A stretch of 37,897 bases of DNA from a virus (Duplodnaviria > Caudoviricetes): positions 1 through 37,897 of the IMG/VR virus record IMGVR_UViG_3300033562_001313, one strand, 5' to 3'. The notes beneath the pieces are model-generated. The model saw only the letters and a program-made list of their open reading frames with translations, made no database searches and was not told the origin of the DNA. Below, one piece after another: positions 9,664 to 18,936 of this stretch (position 1 is the first letter of the stretch; every line of letters begins with the position of its first letter). The position numbers and the translations under genes were made by a program.

Positions 9664-10083
9664 CTATAAGTCCCTCATGGTATCCCGGGTAAAAAGCCGT
9701 TCCGGACCGGAGACCTCGGCACTGCTGTCTTCTGTCACCGACTCGGAAATGGGCAGTGACTGTTTGCCGCTGCTGATCCGCTCAAGGGTTTTGATTGCCG
9801 CCTGGTAGCGCTCCTTACGGTTTTCCGGCACCCCCGAGTCATCAAGGGAGTAGATATTCCATATGGCGATATCGACCGCCAGACTGACAAGGAGCGGTTG
9901 CGTCTCGGCCAGCGGCAGGGAATAACGCACTGCCAGGTAGCTGTCGATCTCGACATCGGCTGTTTCAAGGGCGGCGGTGATCGTCGCGGTATCGACATTG
10001 CCGGTATCGTTTTCGTCGGTCAAGCGCACCAGTTCACTTTGGGTAATGCGCAGGTTCAGGTCGGCGGTTGTGGCGTAGCCCAT
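9664..10083 (-). CDS. Head-tail adaptor (Mu gp36, DUF1320)
   Basis: MGYATTADL...EIDSYLAVRYSLPL...RYQAAIKTLERISSG signature. Confidence 0.9.
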   Translation of the reverse strand: MGYATTADLNLRITQSELVRLTDENDTGNVDTATITAALETADVEIDSYLAVRYSLPLAETQPLLVSLAVDIAIWNIYSLDDSGVPENRKERYQAAIKTLERISSGKQSLPISESVTEDSSAEVSGPERLFTRDTMRDL

Positions 10084-10085
10084 GG

Positions 10086-10373
10086 TTATTTACCTTTTTT
10101 TTCGGCCTTCTTGCCGACCGCAATTGCGGTCGTTTTGTCGCCAACTGGCAACATTTCATCGCCCACACTTTTGTCTACAATTGTGGACATTTCACTTTCA
10201 GGCGTCTCCATCTGGTGGGCGTCCACGACATGGTTTATTACAAGCATCGGCTCGGCCCGCAACTGGGCCAGCTCAACGCCAGTGAAGGCCGTGTCCGGGT
10301 ACTCGGCCGGCCTGGCGGGATGGGCAATGCCACAACGTCTGAAGCCGTCTTTTTTGCTGGTGATGATAAGCAT
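10086..10373 (-). CDS. Mu gp35/HI1506-like protein
   Basis: ITSKKDGFRRCGIAH...LRAEPML motif directly after the capsid gene. Confidence 0.8.
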   Translation of the reverse strand: MLIITSKKDGFRRCGIAHPARPAEYPDTAFTGVELAQLRAEPMLVINHVVDAHQMETPESEMSTIVDKSVGDEMLPVGDKTTAIAVGKKAEKKGK

Positions 10374-10400
10374 GATGACTTTCCTTTTTTTTATTTTTCA

Positions 10401-10429
10401 TACTCGCCGGGCACTCCGACCCGGCGAGT
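10401..10429 (-). terminator. Hairpin after capsid gene (attenuator or mRNA stabiliser)
   Basis: ACTCGCCGGG-loop-CCCGGCGAGT inverted repeat. Confidence 0.55.
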
Positions 10430-10450
10430 CACAGTTTTAAGCCCTCAGCC

Positions 10451-11353
10451 TTATGCGCCGGTTGAACCATAGCTCAACTGCCACAGGCCATAACCGCCGG
10501 CCGCCCTGGCCTCGGCACCGAACTTGAACTTCTTGCGCATAAAGACATCATCGGCCTGCGGGTCGATCTGCTGGACAAAGACCGGCTTTTTCCGCTCCTG
10601 ATAGACAAAGGGCTTAAGCGGCCGGCTGGTGACATGGAGAAACCAGGCGGTGGAGCTGGTCAGCCGCGGATTGACAAGGACCGTTGCCGTGCCCTTATAG
10701 GGGTTGGGGCTCTGGTCGGTGAGCTTATCGTTTTCACAGATCAGCCGGGCGGTGGCCTCAAGGGCCGGCGGCACCTCAAGTACATCGGGAATGAGCGCCA
10801 GGGGCCGACCTTCATCGTCGGTGAGGGTCATGATCGCCGTGCGGCCGGTGCCGTAGCTGGCGGCTGCCGCGGCCGTGGTCGCCGCCGACAGGGCGGCAGT
10901 GCCCTTGTTGCTGACGCTGGCGCCGTTGACCACATGGTCGGTATCGTAAAAATATTGACCGTCATAGCACAGGCCGGTAAAGGCACCGTTTTTCAGATCG
11001 GCGTCGATTTCGTCCGGCAGCTGCTTGGCGGAGAAGCCGGCCTCCTGCGCCTGCAGGCCATACATGCCAATGGTATCATCCTCAACATCGTTGCGGTCGA
11101 CCTCGACGGTTGCTTCCCAGTCATCGTTGACGATGCTGTACTTGAAGGCCGACAGCGCCTTGATGGTCTTTTCATCGAGCCACTTGCGCATCTTCGGGAA
11201 GCGGCTCAGCCAGGAATAATCGTTTTGCTTCGCGCCGCTCGGGATCAGCATGGTAGTTCGCTGCCACAGTGAGGGGGCTTCGTCGAAGGCCTTGTTAAAG
11301 GTAGTCTTCAGATTGATGAAGATATTGGCGAGATTTGCCAAATTAACTATCAT
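10451..11353 (-). CDS. Major capsid protein (Mu gpT family)
   Basis: YSWLSRFPKMRKW, NDDWEATVEVDRNDVEDD, CYDGQYFYDTDH motifs. Confidence 0.93.
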   Translation of the reverse strand: MIVNLANLANIFINLKTTFNKAFDEAPSLWQRTTMLIPSGAKQNDYSWLSRFPKMRKWLDEKTIKALSAFKYSIVNDDWEATVEVDRNDVEDDTIGMYGLQAQEAGFSAKQLPDEIDADLKNGAFTGLCYDGQYFYDTDHVVNGASVSNKGTAALSAATTAAAAASYGTGRTAIMTLTDDEGRPLALIPDVLEVPPALEATARLICENDKLTDQSPNPYKGTATVLVNPRLTSSTAWFLHVTSRPLKPFVYQERKKPVFVQQIDPQADDVFMRKKFKFGAEARAAGGYGLWQLSYGSTGA

Positions 11354-11400
11354 GGGGGTTTCTCCTTATTGAAAATGCTCGTGTCTCGGTGGACAGTTTT

Positions 11401-11916
11401 TTACGCGGCGAACATGATGCCGGCAGCTTTCAGTTTGGTGAGCAGGGCGTTGAAGTCGGTTTTTATCGTTGCCACATCGGCGGCAGTCGAAGCGGCCTGG
11501 GTGGCTACCTGGTGGAAGACGGCCGGGATCTGCACCCAGACGCCATCGGAAACCACCTCAACACAGAGCCCGGCAACAATGCCGTTGGTCCCGGCGGCAT
11601 CCGCGACGGTTTCATCATCCTCGACAAAGACCCTGGTTCCGGCATCGGCCACATCCACGGCGTTCGTTGCCGAGTTTTTCAGCTTGAACAGCTGCCCGGT
11701 ATAAACATTGACGCGCAGATCGCCCGCCGAGCCGCTGGAGTTATCGATCGTCTGATCGGCGACACCGACCACACGGATACCGGCGCTGTCCGCCGCCTCT
11801 ATGGCATAGCCCGAGGTATTGAGGGCAATCATCTTGCCGCCCTCAATGGTAGTCGAGGCAGCAACCGGCAGGGATATGAGCAGGCCGGGTTTTCGTTCGG
11901 TCATTCTATCTGACAT
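11401..11916 (-). CDS. Capsid decoration/cement protein with C-terminal head-fibre-like segment
   Basis: Between protease and capsid; C-terminal AADVATIKTDFNALLTKLKAAG; AAGGAG RBS before MSDRM. Confidence 0.7.
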   Translation of the reverse strand: MSDRMTERKPGLLISLPVAASTTIEGGKMIALNTSGYAIEAADSAGIRVVGVADQTIDNSSGSAGDLRVNVYTGQLFKLKNSATNAVDVADAGTRVFVEDDETVADAAGTNGIVAGLCVEVVSDGVWVQIPAVFHQVATQAASTAADVATIKTDFNALLTKLKAAGIMFAA

Positions 11917-11955
11917 GGTATTCTCCTTCTTTGTCCCCAATTGGAGACAGTGCGA

Positions 11956-12450
11956 TTATTTGCCGTATTTGGCGATATCCTCAGCCGAGTTACCGAACAT
12001 GGCGGCAATCTGCTGCTGCTCGGCGTTTAAGGCCTTGGCCTGATCTTCATGCCCTTTGTCGCCAAGCCCCGAGTTGTCACCGATGACCGGTGCCGCGGCG
12101 ACGAAGCCTTCAAAGAGGGCGAGGCCTCCCTCCTGCCGACACTGGGCGCGATGGTAATCGACTGTTGCCGGAGTAATTTTACCGGCCTTTAAAGCCGCAG
12201 CAATGGCACTGTTAATTGCCGTTTCCAGCTGCTCCTTGCGCAGTCCGTTGATGGCCTGCTCGGCATTGGTCGCCCTGGCCAGAGCGGTGTCGTAATCGGC
12301 ACGCGGTACAAATTTTTCCAGGCTGGGGGCCTCCGCCCGGTTGGCGGCTTTTTCGACAGACCCCTTCAATTCTTTGATTTTTGCCAGGGCATCTTCCTCC
12401 GTGGCGGTCTCGCCCAGCCCCAGGGCTGCCAGTATTTTTTTCAAATCCAT
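11956..12450 (-). CDS. Internal in-frame scaffold protein (Mu gpZ-like)
   Basis: AAGGAGG RBS before internal ATG (NKEEK-MDLKKILAALGL), as in Mu I/Z. Confidence 0.65.
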   Translation of the reverse strand: MDLKKILAALGLGETATEEDALAKIKELKGSVEKAANRAEAPSLEKFVPRADYDTALARATNAEQAINGLRKEQLETAINSAIAAALKAGKITPATVDYHRAQCRQEGGLALFEGFVAAAPVIGDNSGLGDKGHEDQAKALNAEQQQIAAMFGNSAEDIAKYGK

Positions 12451-12930
12451 CTTTTCCTCCTTGTTGGTGGGGATAGTCCCCGCTTGTTGGCTGTTGAGCG
12501 CCGGAAGCCTGAGGTTCGGCTGATTGGTCAGCCCAACCGAGATGACCCCGGCGATAGTGCCGCTTGACGGCTCGTACACAATGACCGGGCTGAGGTAGCG
12601 GTAGGCCCGCCCTTCAACCTGGGTTTTGCCTTCGCTGTTCCATTCCACCCGGCCCCAGATCTCACCGGCCTCGACCAGCAATTCTCTGACCCAGCCGACC
12701 GCCGGGGCCGGTTCGCCTTTCGGCGCCTTGATTTCCGAACTGTGTTCGATATCCACAGGCAGATCGCGGCCCAACTTTTGAAAATTGAGGACTATGGAGG
12801 ACGGTTTGCTATTGTTCCAGGCTCGGCCGTCGCGGCCGATCACCAGGCCCGCCGGGATGAGCTTTACCCATTCCGGGGCCTGGCCTGGTGTCCCGGTAAT
12901 CTCCATGGTGTTAAGTGCAATCTTGTTCAT
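11956..12930 (-). CDS. Prohead protease/scaffold (Mu gpI)
   Basis: GRDGR, DIEH, PAPAVGW, YRYLSPV, GLTNQPNL motifs. Confidence 0.92.
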   Translation of the reverse strand: MNKIALNTMEITGTPGQAPEWVKLIPAGLVIGRDGRAWNNSKPSSIVLNFQKLGRDLPVDIEHSSEIKAPKGEPAPAVGWVRELLVEAGEIWGRVEWNSEGKTQVEGRAYRYLSPVIVYEPSSGTIAGVISVGLTNQPNLRLPALNSQQAGTIPTNKEEKMDLKKILAALGLGETATEEDALAKIKELKGSVEKAANRAEAPSLEKFVPRADYDTALARATNAEQAINGLRKEQLETAINSAIAAALKAGKITPATVDYHRAQCRQEGGLALFEGFVAAAPVIGDNSGLGDKGHEDQAKALNAEQQQIAAMFGNSAEDIAKYGK

Positions 12931-13295
12931 ATCGTCCCCCATTCGTCGGCAGCGTTCTTGTCATCCCAAAACAATGGCCCGGCAAAATCGCGGACGGCGG
13001 AATAATAGTGCATCGCCCGCTGCCGCCGCAGCCAGCGCAGCAAGAGGCCGGACTGCGCGTCGATGATGCGCAGCATATTGTTGAGAAAGACCCTGTCAGC
13101 CTCTTCCTTGTCGGCGATGGTTTTACCGGCTTTATACATCCAGTCGTGGATATCACAGGCTTCCTCTATCGACAGTCCATAGAGGGTGTCGGGAATAAGC
13201 CAGCCACCAAGGCCCTTTGGCCCGCAACCGTTGCAGACCTCATCTTTATTTGTGGCAAACCAATATTCGGCCGGTGCAAAGAGTTTCATATTCAT
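12927..13295 (-). CDS. Phospholipase A2-like protein
   Basis: CNGCGP and ACDIHDWMY (C-x-x-H-D-x-x-Y) followed by KEEADRVF. Confidence 0.6.
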   Translation of the reverse strand: MNMKLFAPAEYWFATNKDEVCNGCGPKGLGGWLIPDTLYGLSIEEACDIHDWMYKAGKTIADKEEADRVFLNNMLRIIDAQSGLLLRWLRRQRAMHYYSAVRDFAGPLFWDDKNAADEWGTI

Positions 13296-13744
13296 TTCCC
13301 CATGAGGATATATTCGTTCAGCTGTTCTTTGATCTCCGGCCAGTCTTCATCCTGCACCAGGAGAAAGGGCCGGGCCGGAATGGTTACCTTTTGGCCGCGT
13401 CCGGCCTGGCCGCCGAACTGGTGGATGGCGGCATAGACCTTGTCGGTACCGATCAGGACATGGTCGGCAGCCGGCTCGGCATGGATCGAGCCGAGGAGTC
13501 CGCCGCCGAAGCCCTTGGTAACCAGGATACTGCCGCCTTTCTTTGTCGCCAGGGTGGCAGGGGCCAGCTGTTGCCAACCGCTTGGCCGTCCGCCCTCCAT
13601 AAAGTTTTTTTGCACCGAGGCCGTCACCGTTTGGCCGATGATCTGCATGGCCGGCAGCAGGTTGCCGCAGCGGGCGGCGATGATATCCAGCTCATCGGCT
13701 ACCTTTTCGGCGTTTGTGGTGATGGTGATGGTTGTGCCTGCCAC
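13292..13744 (-). CDS. Virion morphogenesis protein (Mu gpG)
   Basis: GRPSGWQQLAPAT, IGTDKVYAAIHQFGG, IPARPFL motifs. Confidence 0.9.
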   Translation of the reverse strand: MAGTTITITTNAEKVADELDIIAARCGNLLPAMQIIGQTVTASVQKNFMEGGRPSGWQQLAPATLATKKGGSILVTKGFGGGLLGSIHAEPAADHVLIGTDKVYAAIHQFGGQAGRGQKVTIPARPFLLVQDEDWPEIKEQLNEYILMGK

Positions 13745-13798
13745 TTGTTTTCCTTGGCTTCTTTGTTTATACTGCTGATACGGTTATGGTGATTTGAG

Positions 13799-13847
13799 CT
13801 GCGGATTATTGCCATACAGTGAGGGGGAGGCCGCAGTATCCCCCTCA
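13799..13847 (-). ncRNA. Predicted H-type RNA pseudoknot directly after the MuF-nuclease stop
   Basis: Stem TGAGGGGGA/TCCCCCTCA; loop CTGCGG pairs with CCGCAG 15 nt downstream. Confidence 0.45.
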
Positions 13848-15089
13848 GTCCTTTTGTCCCTGGCTGTAAACCAGCTGCCCGGCTCGTTGCTTATTCAAGT
13901 ACGGTCCTTTCCCGACCGGCAACATTGTCCATGCCTCAAACATTCCGTCTTTTGCATCTGCCACCACCAACACCGCCTTTTCTTTCCCAAGACCAACAGT
14001 CTTGATTATCCGTTGTCGCAAAACCACCTTGCCCGTTCCCTTATGTTGTTCAAAGCGCAGCCACACCTCTTGTGGATCTTCCAGTACCTCCGGCAGCAAT
14101 GGCAAAAAAGGTGTGCGAGAACTGTCTATATGCTGGCCGAGTGTCTCAGCATTGACCAGCAGGTCATAGCGGAAATCCGGCGTCGCGAAGCTGAATATTT
14201 TTTCCTGCCCGCCAAGGGTGGCAACCAGAGCGGCAACTGTCTCTTCCGTTGACTTCAGTTCCGGGCCGAGCTTTGCCGCTGCCGCTGCCGGCAAGAGTTT
14301 TTCTGCCAGGCCTGCCGTTTGCCAGTTGCCCGGTGTCAGCGATGCCCAGGCATCGGCAGCCATGGACTTATATTCCGCCATGGCAGTGTCGGAGAGCTTT
14401 TTGCCCCAAGCCGCCTGACCGGGGTTATAATCCCAGCCGGGATCGATGCCCATTGGTACCTGGCTGACCTCGCCGGTTCGCTTATTGACATAGTCATAAC
14501 TGCCGTCATCCGGTGTCTCCGTGTTCAGTGTGCCTTTTAGCAGCTGATACTGGCTGTTGCTCATGGTCATGACGCCGCATTTGCAGCCCCAGCCGTTGGG
14601 CGGGTAGTGGGTATTCCACCACGGGTTGTCATGGCGGAGAACGATGCCGTACCACTGCACATGCTCCTGCCGTTTATTGGCCGAGCTTGAGGGCATATAT
14701 TGCCACCAGGGGCGGACGGCCAAGACCGCGGCTTCGGTCATGCCCTTATAGCGGCCGGCGCTGTAGGCCACGGAAAGGTTTGTGTCGTAAATGACCGCCG
14801 AGCGCCAGGCGCGATCACCTTTATAGTTCCAGCCATGGCGTGCGACCAGCTTGTCGAAGTCTTTGCGGAACTCAGCCAAGGTTGTGCCCTGGCTGATCGC
14901 CTTATCGACTGCGGCCCTGAGATCGGCGAGCAGCTCGCCCTTCATGGCACCGGCAACGACGAATGCCCGGCTGTGCATACCCTGCCACAGATCATCCCAG
15001 CGTTCAGTCGGCAGACTGACCTTATCGCGGAAAAAGCCGATGGCTTCCGAGAAGGGCAGACTGAGATATTCGGCGGATGGTGACGACAT
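13845..15089 (-). CDS. MuF minor head protein with C-terminal BECR-type (PBECR2-like) nuclease domain
   Basis: AFVVAGA, WWNTHYPPNGWGCKCGV, IDPGWDYNPG MuF motifs; C-terminal LPEVLEDPQEVW...WTMLP...YLNKQRAG extension. Confidence 0.8.
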   Translation of the reverse strand: MSSPSAEYLSLPFSEAIGFFRDKVSLPTERWDDLWQGMHSRAFVVAGAMKGELLADLRAAVDKAISQGTTLAEFRKDFDKLVARHGWNYKGDRAWRSAVIYDTNLSVAYSAGRYKGMTEAAVLAVRPWWQYMPSSSANKRQEHVQWYGIVLRHDNPWWNTHYPPNGWGCKCGVMTMSNSQYQLLKGTLNTETPDDGSYDYVNKRTGEVSQVPMGIDPGWDYNPGQAAWGKKLSDTAMAEYKSMAADAWASLTPGNWQTAGLAEKLLPAAAAAKLGPELKSTEETVAALVATLGGQEKIFSFATPDFRYDLLVNAETLGQHIDSSRTPFLPLLPEVLEDPQEVWLRFEQHKGTGKVVLRQRIIKTVGLGKEKAVLVVADAKDGMFEAWTMLPVGKGPYLNKQRAGQLVYSQGQKD

Positions 15090-15094
15090 CAGGG

Positions 15095-15204
15095 ATTACC
15101 GTTTAAAATATGTTTAAAATTTCCTGTATCGATCGCACGGGGGGCAAGCCGTACTTGCAGGCGCAAGGCATATAAAAATCGATTCTGGGGCATTCTAAGC
15201 GTTT
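15095..15204. promoter_or_regulatory. Candidate strong gyrase site (Mu SGS-like)
   Basis: Intergenic phased TTTTAAAC...TTTTAAACGG tracts in the head operon; resemblance to Mu SGS is from memory only. Confidence 0.35.
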
Positions 15205-16797
15205 TCATTTATCGGTCTCACTTTCCGCCGCCACATCGAAGCGGCCGGACAGTTCGGCAAGGACCAGGGCCCGCTGCATGAGAGCGCCCAGTTCGGCCAC
15301 CGGCATGGCGCTATACAGAGCAAGCAATCCATCGCGAAAGGCTTCGAGGCTGTCGACCTGGGCAAGCAGCTGCTCCACCGGGGCCAGCAGGGGGGCAAGG
15401 TCGGCCTCGGTCATAAGCTGGTCGGTGAGGATCTCCACCGGATGGCGGTCGCTGCCTGTCTGTTGTTCCTGGCGGTTGGCGGCCTTTGTCGTCAGAGGCT
15501 GAGTGCCATCTCCCTCTACCTCCGGGGGAACGGTTTCCGGACTTACCTTGGCCGGGCCGAGACAGTCGGCATCGTCAGCCGGATCGGGCAGGCCGAACTT
15601 ATCGCGCACCACCGACTGCTCCACCCGCAACCCGAGGGGCACCAGTTTTTCAAGGGCCGTAGTGAGCACGGCCAGATCGTCCTGTTCAATGGCACGGAGG
15701 ATCAGTTCCGGATAGTTTTCCTGAGGGCCGAAGTTGAGATCGATAAAGGGCCGGACCAGGTCGCGGTTGAGAGTCTCGGACAATTGGCCGGCGTCGTCAT
15801 CGCGGATATCGGAACGCACTTCCGACTGTGCTTCGTCTGAGCCGAGCTTGCCGGGGGTGCCGGAGGTTGTCGCCGACTGTCCGAGGATGCCGCGGCTCAC
15901 CTGGGTGTCAAGCCAATCGGCCAGCTGCATAAAGAGGCTGGCACCGCCGGAAGAAGCGGACTTTCCAGCTTCAACGAACTCGACCTGCATCGACTCGGGG
16001 ATAATTGCCGCCGCATCGCTGCCGAGGTTGGCCACCGCCATCTTGAGGATCTGCTTATCGTGCTCGCTGGCACCGGACTGATAGCGGCCGATGCGCAGCG
16101 GCATACCGAAGATCTCGGCAAAGGCCAGCCAATCCTTGACCGTGTAGTTCTTGCAGAGATAGGACCAGGCAGCAACCCTGGCGATACCGCCACGGATCGG
16201 CAGGCCGGTCTTAAGATGCGGCAGATGCACGAGAAACTTATAAGGGGCAAGTTCTATGCCCTCGGCCATATTCTCCGGATCAAGCAGGCGGATCTTGCGC
16301 CGTGACTCGCGGTCAAAGATAAAGAAGCGGGGGTCGCGCCACTCGTAGGCGGCAGGCTGCCACTTGGCGCCACGCTGCCAGATGATTTCCGAAACGGCAT
16401 AGCCCTTACCCAGGGCGTCAAGCAGATCTTTCAAGAGACCCCGAAACCCGGCACGCTTAACCAGCGCTCGAACTTCATCGGCCAGTTGCACGTCCTTTGG
16501 CTCATCGCTTGCCGCCTCGACCGTTACCGGCAGAGAGGCCACCGCCAAACGGCGCTTGCCGATCTCGCAGCGGTAATGCAGATCGCGCTCTTCCATCTCT
16601 TCGGCAAGGGTCAGGTAGTCGTTGGCATCACCGGACGCCGCGCCCTGCAGCAGGGCCGCCAACCGGTAGGGGGTCAGGCCGCCGGTGACGGCTCCGTCCC
16701 AGACGGTGCGCACGCCGGACAGGCTGGGTGCCGCAAGCTCTTTGTCCAGGACTTGGCTTTTAACCGGATTGCCGCGATAATCGTACAAGGTCACCAT
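15205..16797 (-). CDS. Portal protein (Mu gp29, DUF935)
   Basis: LAEEMEERDLH, WLAFAEIFGMPLRIGRY, ILGQSATT motifs; TAATG coupling to terL. Confidence 0.93.
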   Translation of the reverse strand: MVTLYDYRGNPVKSQVLDKELAAPSLSGVRTVWDGAVTGGLTPYRLAALLQGAASGDANDYLTLAEEMEERDLHYRCEIGKRRLAVASLPVTVEAASDEPKDVQLADEVRALVKRAGFRGLLKDLLDALGKGYAVSEIIWQRGAKWQPAAYEWRDPRFFIFDRESRRKIRLLDPENMAEGIELAPYKFLVHLPHLKTGLPIRGGIARVAAWSYLCKNYTVKDWLAFAEIFGMPLRIGRYQSGASEHDKQILKMAVANLGSDAAAIIPESMQVEFVEAGKSASSGGASLFMQLADWLDTQVSRGILGQSATTSGTPGKLGSDEAQSEVRSDIRDDDAGQLSETLNRDLVRPFIDLNFGPQENYPELILRAIEQDDLAVLTTALEKLVPLGLRVEQSVVRDKFGLPDPADDADCLGPAKVSPETVPPEVEGDGTQPLTTKAANRQEQQTGSDRHPVEILTDQLMTEADLAPLLAPVEQLLAQVDSLEAFRDGLLALYSAMPVAELGALMQRALVLAELSGRFDVAAESETDK

Positions 16798-18254
16798 TAC
16801 CAAGCCCCGCTGATAGCGCCGAAACCGGCGGTTGTTTTGACGGTGCGGAAGGCGTCATGGTCGCCATCGCCCAGAGTTTCGCGTTTTCGTGCCGACTGGT
16901 AGGCATATTCAGCCGCTCCTTCACCGGCGGCATGGATGGCTAAAGCCAGTGCCCAGAAGCGGTCGGCGTGGCCGTTTTCACTCCGTTCGGCGGTAAAGCG
17001 GATATTGCCGGCGGCGGTGGTTTCTTTCGTTACCGCCCGGAGATCGGCGCGGATCTCCGGCTTATAGGGCAGACGAAGCTTTTTATCTTCCATCTTGCCG
17101 CGTACCGGGTAGGCCAGTTCTTCCTTGACCCTGGGGGTAAAGGTGAGGCATTCGATCCGGTATTCTCCAAATTTTCTCTTGGCGTCGTCGCCCCAGCCGA
17201 TACCGAGCCCGGTATAATCCAGGCAACATCGATCAAGATTTGCCATGATCGGCCAGAGGATTGCCTCCTGATCCGGCTTGCTCATGTTCCTCAGTTCGAC
17301 AATCATCCGGGTATAGAGAACATCGCCCTGCAGCTCCAAGACCCAGAGGACCGTCAGATCCTTTTTGCGGCCGATATCGAGCCCGGCAAAGAGGCGGCCG
17401 GCGGGTTTCACCACACTGCAATCAATTTCCCATGCCTCGCCCTGGCCATATTCGCAACCGGCTATCAGGTCGTATTCGAGGAAGGCCGAGGCATCGTCTG
17501 CCGGTTGACACATATATTCCTGCTGGAACGACTCCTCGTCGGCACAGCCGGCCTTGATATAGTCGAAGTATTCCGCCTCGGTCAGGCCTTTAACCTCATG
17601 ATCGCCCGGCAGCGATTTCTGCAGCTTATAGAGAAAACCCTGGTCGAGGGCATCCTGCAGGGTAACCCGGTGCAGGCTGATCTTCTTCGGGTTGCCGTGC
17701 TCGCGGATCTCGCGGATCAGCAGGTTGAAAAAATTAGCGCTGCCGCGATGGGTGGAGATGACCTCCATATTGCCGCCCCAGGTAATACCTGGGTAAGCGA
17801 TGGCCCAGAGCTTGCGCGGATCGGGATGCAGTGCGAACTCGTCAAGGATACGGCCGCCACGCTTGCCGGCCTGGGCGTCGGGGTTGCTGCTCATGCTGTG
17901 AATGCGGCGACCGTTGGCGAAATGCAGAACATAGGCGGAGATCTTGCGTTCCTGGTCGATGACCAGTTCGCCGAGATCCTCGGCCGCTACCTGCAGCAAT
18001 TTGGAGAACATCTTGCAATCTTCAATAACCAGCCGGGCCTGGAGATCGTCGCGACTGGAGATCCACTGGTCCCACTTGGCGCCCACTGCCGCGGCGCGTT
18101 CGTCGGCGGCATATGCTGTACTCCAGGACAGGCCGATCTGCCGCGCCTTTTCCATGAGCTTCAAGCGGCTCCGGTCCAGTATCCAGCGCTCCTGATAGGG
18201 GAGAAAAACCCCGTCCGGATTGGCAGGTTTATTTTGTGCGGCCCCGTGCGTCAT
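16797..18254 (-). CDS. Terminase large subunit (Mu gp28-like)
   Basis: LPYQERW, KARQIGLSW, ILDEFA, GLDIGRKKD, HADRFWALALA. Confidence 0.95.
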   Translation of the reverse strand: MTHGAAQNKPANPDGVFLPYQERWILDRSRLKLMEKARQIGLSWSTAYAADERAAAVGAKWDQWISSRDDLQARLVIEDCKMFSKLLQVAAEDLGELVIDQERKISAYVLHFANGRRIHSMSSNPDAQAGKRGGRILDEFALHPDPRKLWAIAYPGITWGGNMEVISTHRGSANFFNLLIREIREHGNPKKISLHRVTLQDALDQGFLYKLQKSLPGDHEVKGLTEAEYFDYIKAGCADEESFQQEYMCQPADDASAFLEYDLIAGCEYGQGEAWEIDCSVVKPAGRLFAGLDIGRKKDLTVLWVLELQGDVLYTRMIVELRNMSKPDQEAILWPIMANLDRCCLDYTGLGIGWGDDAKRKFGEYRIECLTFTPRVKEELAYPVRGKMEDKKLRLPYKPEIRADLRAVTKETTAAGNIRFTAERSENGHADRFWALALAIHAAGEGAAEYAYQSARKRETLGDGDHDAFRTVKTTAGFGAISGAW

Positions 18255-18688
18255 GCGCTGATCCCGAGTATCTGACTTCTAATGGTATTGATCGTGTCTT
18301 CGGTAAGCCCGGCCTTCTTTACCTCGCGGACAACATCTTCTGCGACCCGCTGCGCCTTCTCCATCTTGTCCCAGCGCTCAAGCAGCGCCCCCATCTTCGC
18401 CAGGGCGTCCATCTTCTGCGCCGTGCGATCCTCAGCGGTGCATTCTTCCAGGTGCGCCAGCTGATCTTCAAAGAGATCACGCAGCCGCTGGATGTTGCCG
18501 CGCTTCTGGCTGCGCGCCCGGTCCCATTCGTCCATGGTTTGATGGGGGTCTTTGGTCTCGGTTTTCCAACGGGCAAGGCTCGTCACCGAGACGCCCAGCT
18601 GCTCGCCGATGGAGGTGAGGCTATAGCCGTCGGCATAGAGTCGTTGAGCCTGGCCGCCAAGAACGGCTTTGTTGCCTTTCGCCGCCAT
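18251..18688 (-). CDS. Terminase small subunit-like HTH protein
   Basis: N-terminal HTH (SLTSIGEQLGVSVTSLARWK) directly upstream of terL. Confidence 0.75.
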   Translation of the reverse strand: MAAKGNKAVLGGQAQRLYADGYSLTSIGEQLGVSVTSLARWKTETKDPHQTMDEWDRARSQKRGNIQRLRDLFEDQLAHLEECTAEDRTAQKMDALAKMGALLERWDKMEKAQRVAEDVVREVKKAGLTEDTINTIRSQILGISA

Positions 18689-18936
18689 CAGCCGATCGCC
18701 CTGTCAATTTCCCACAGCTTGCGCTGCAGGCCGAGCAACTCGCCCTGCTTAACCACCAGGTCATCCATATAGGCGGCGGCGCGGGCTATATCCATTTCCT
18801 CTATGTCGTTCAGCTCAGGCACAAGGATGGTGGAGATAGCCCGGCATAAACCCTTGGCTTCGACCTGCAGGTTGGTGCGGTCTATCTCCAGCTGGGCGCG
18901 TTTGATGCGCATCTGCCCGGTCGCATTAGTCGTCAT
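18688..18936 (-). CDS. Hypothetical coiled-coil protein
   Basis: Coupled ORF between lysis and packaging genes. Confidence 0.65.
   Translation of the reverse strand: MTTNATGQMRIKRAQLEIDRTNLQVEAKGLCRAISTILVPELNDIEEMDIARAAAYMDDLVVKQGELLGLQRKLWEIDRAIG

Noticed and set aside
13745-13860. Frameshift or readthrough fusing MuF to gpG
   Set aside because: No canonical slippery heptamer, and no frame stays open into the gpG reading frame
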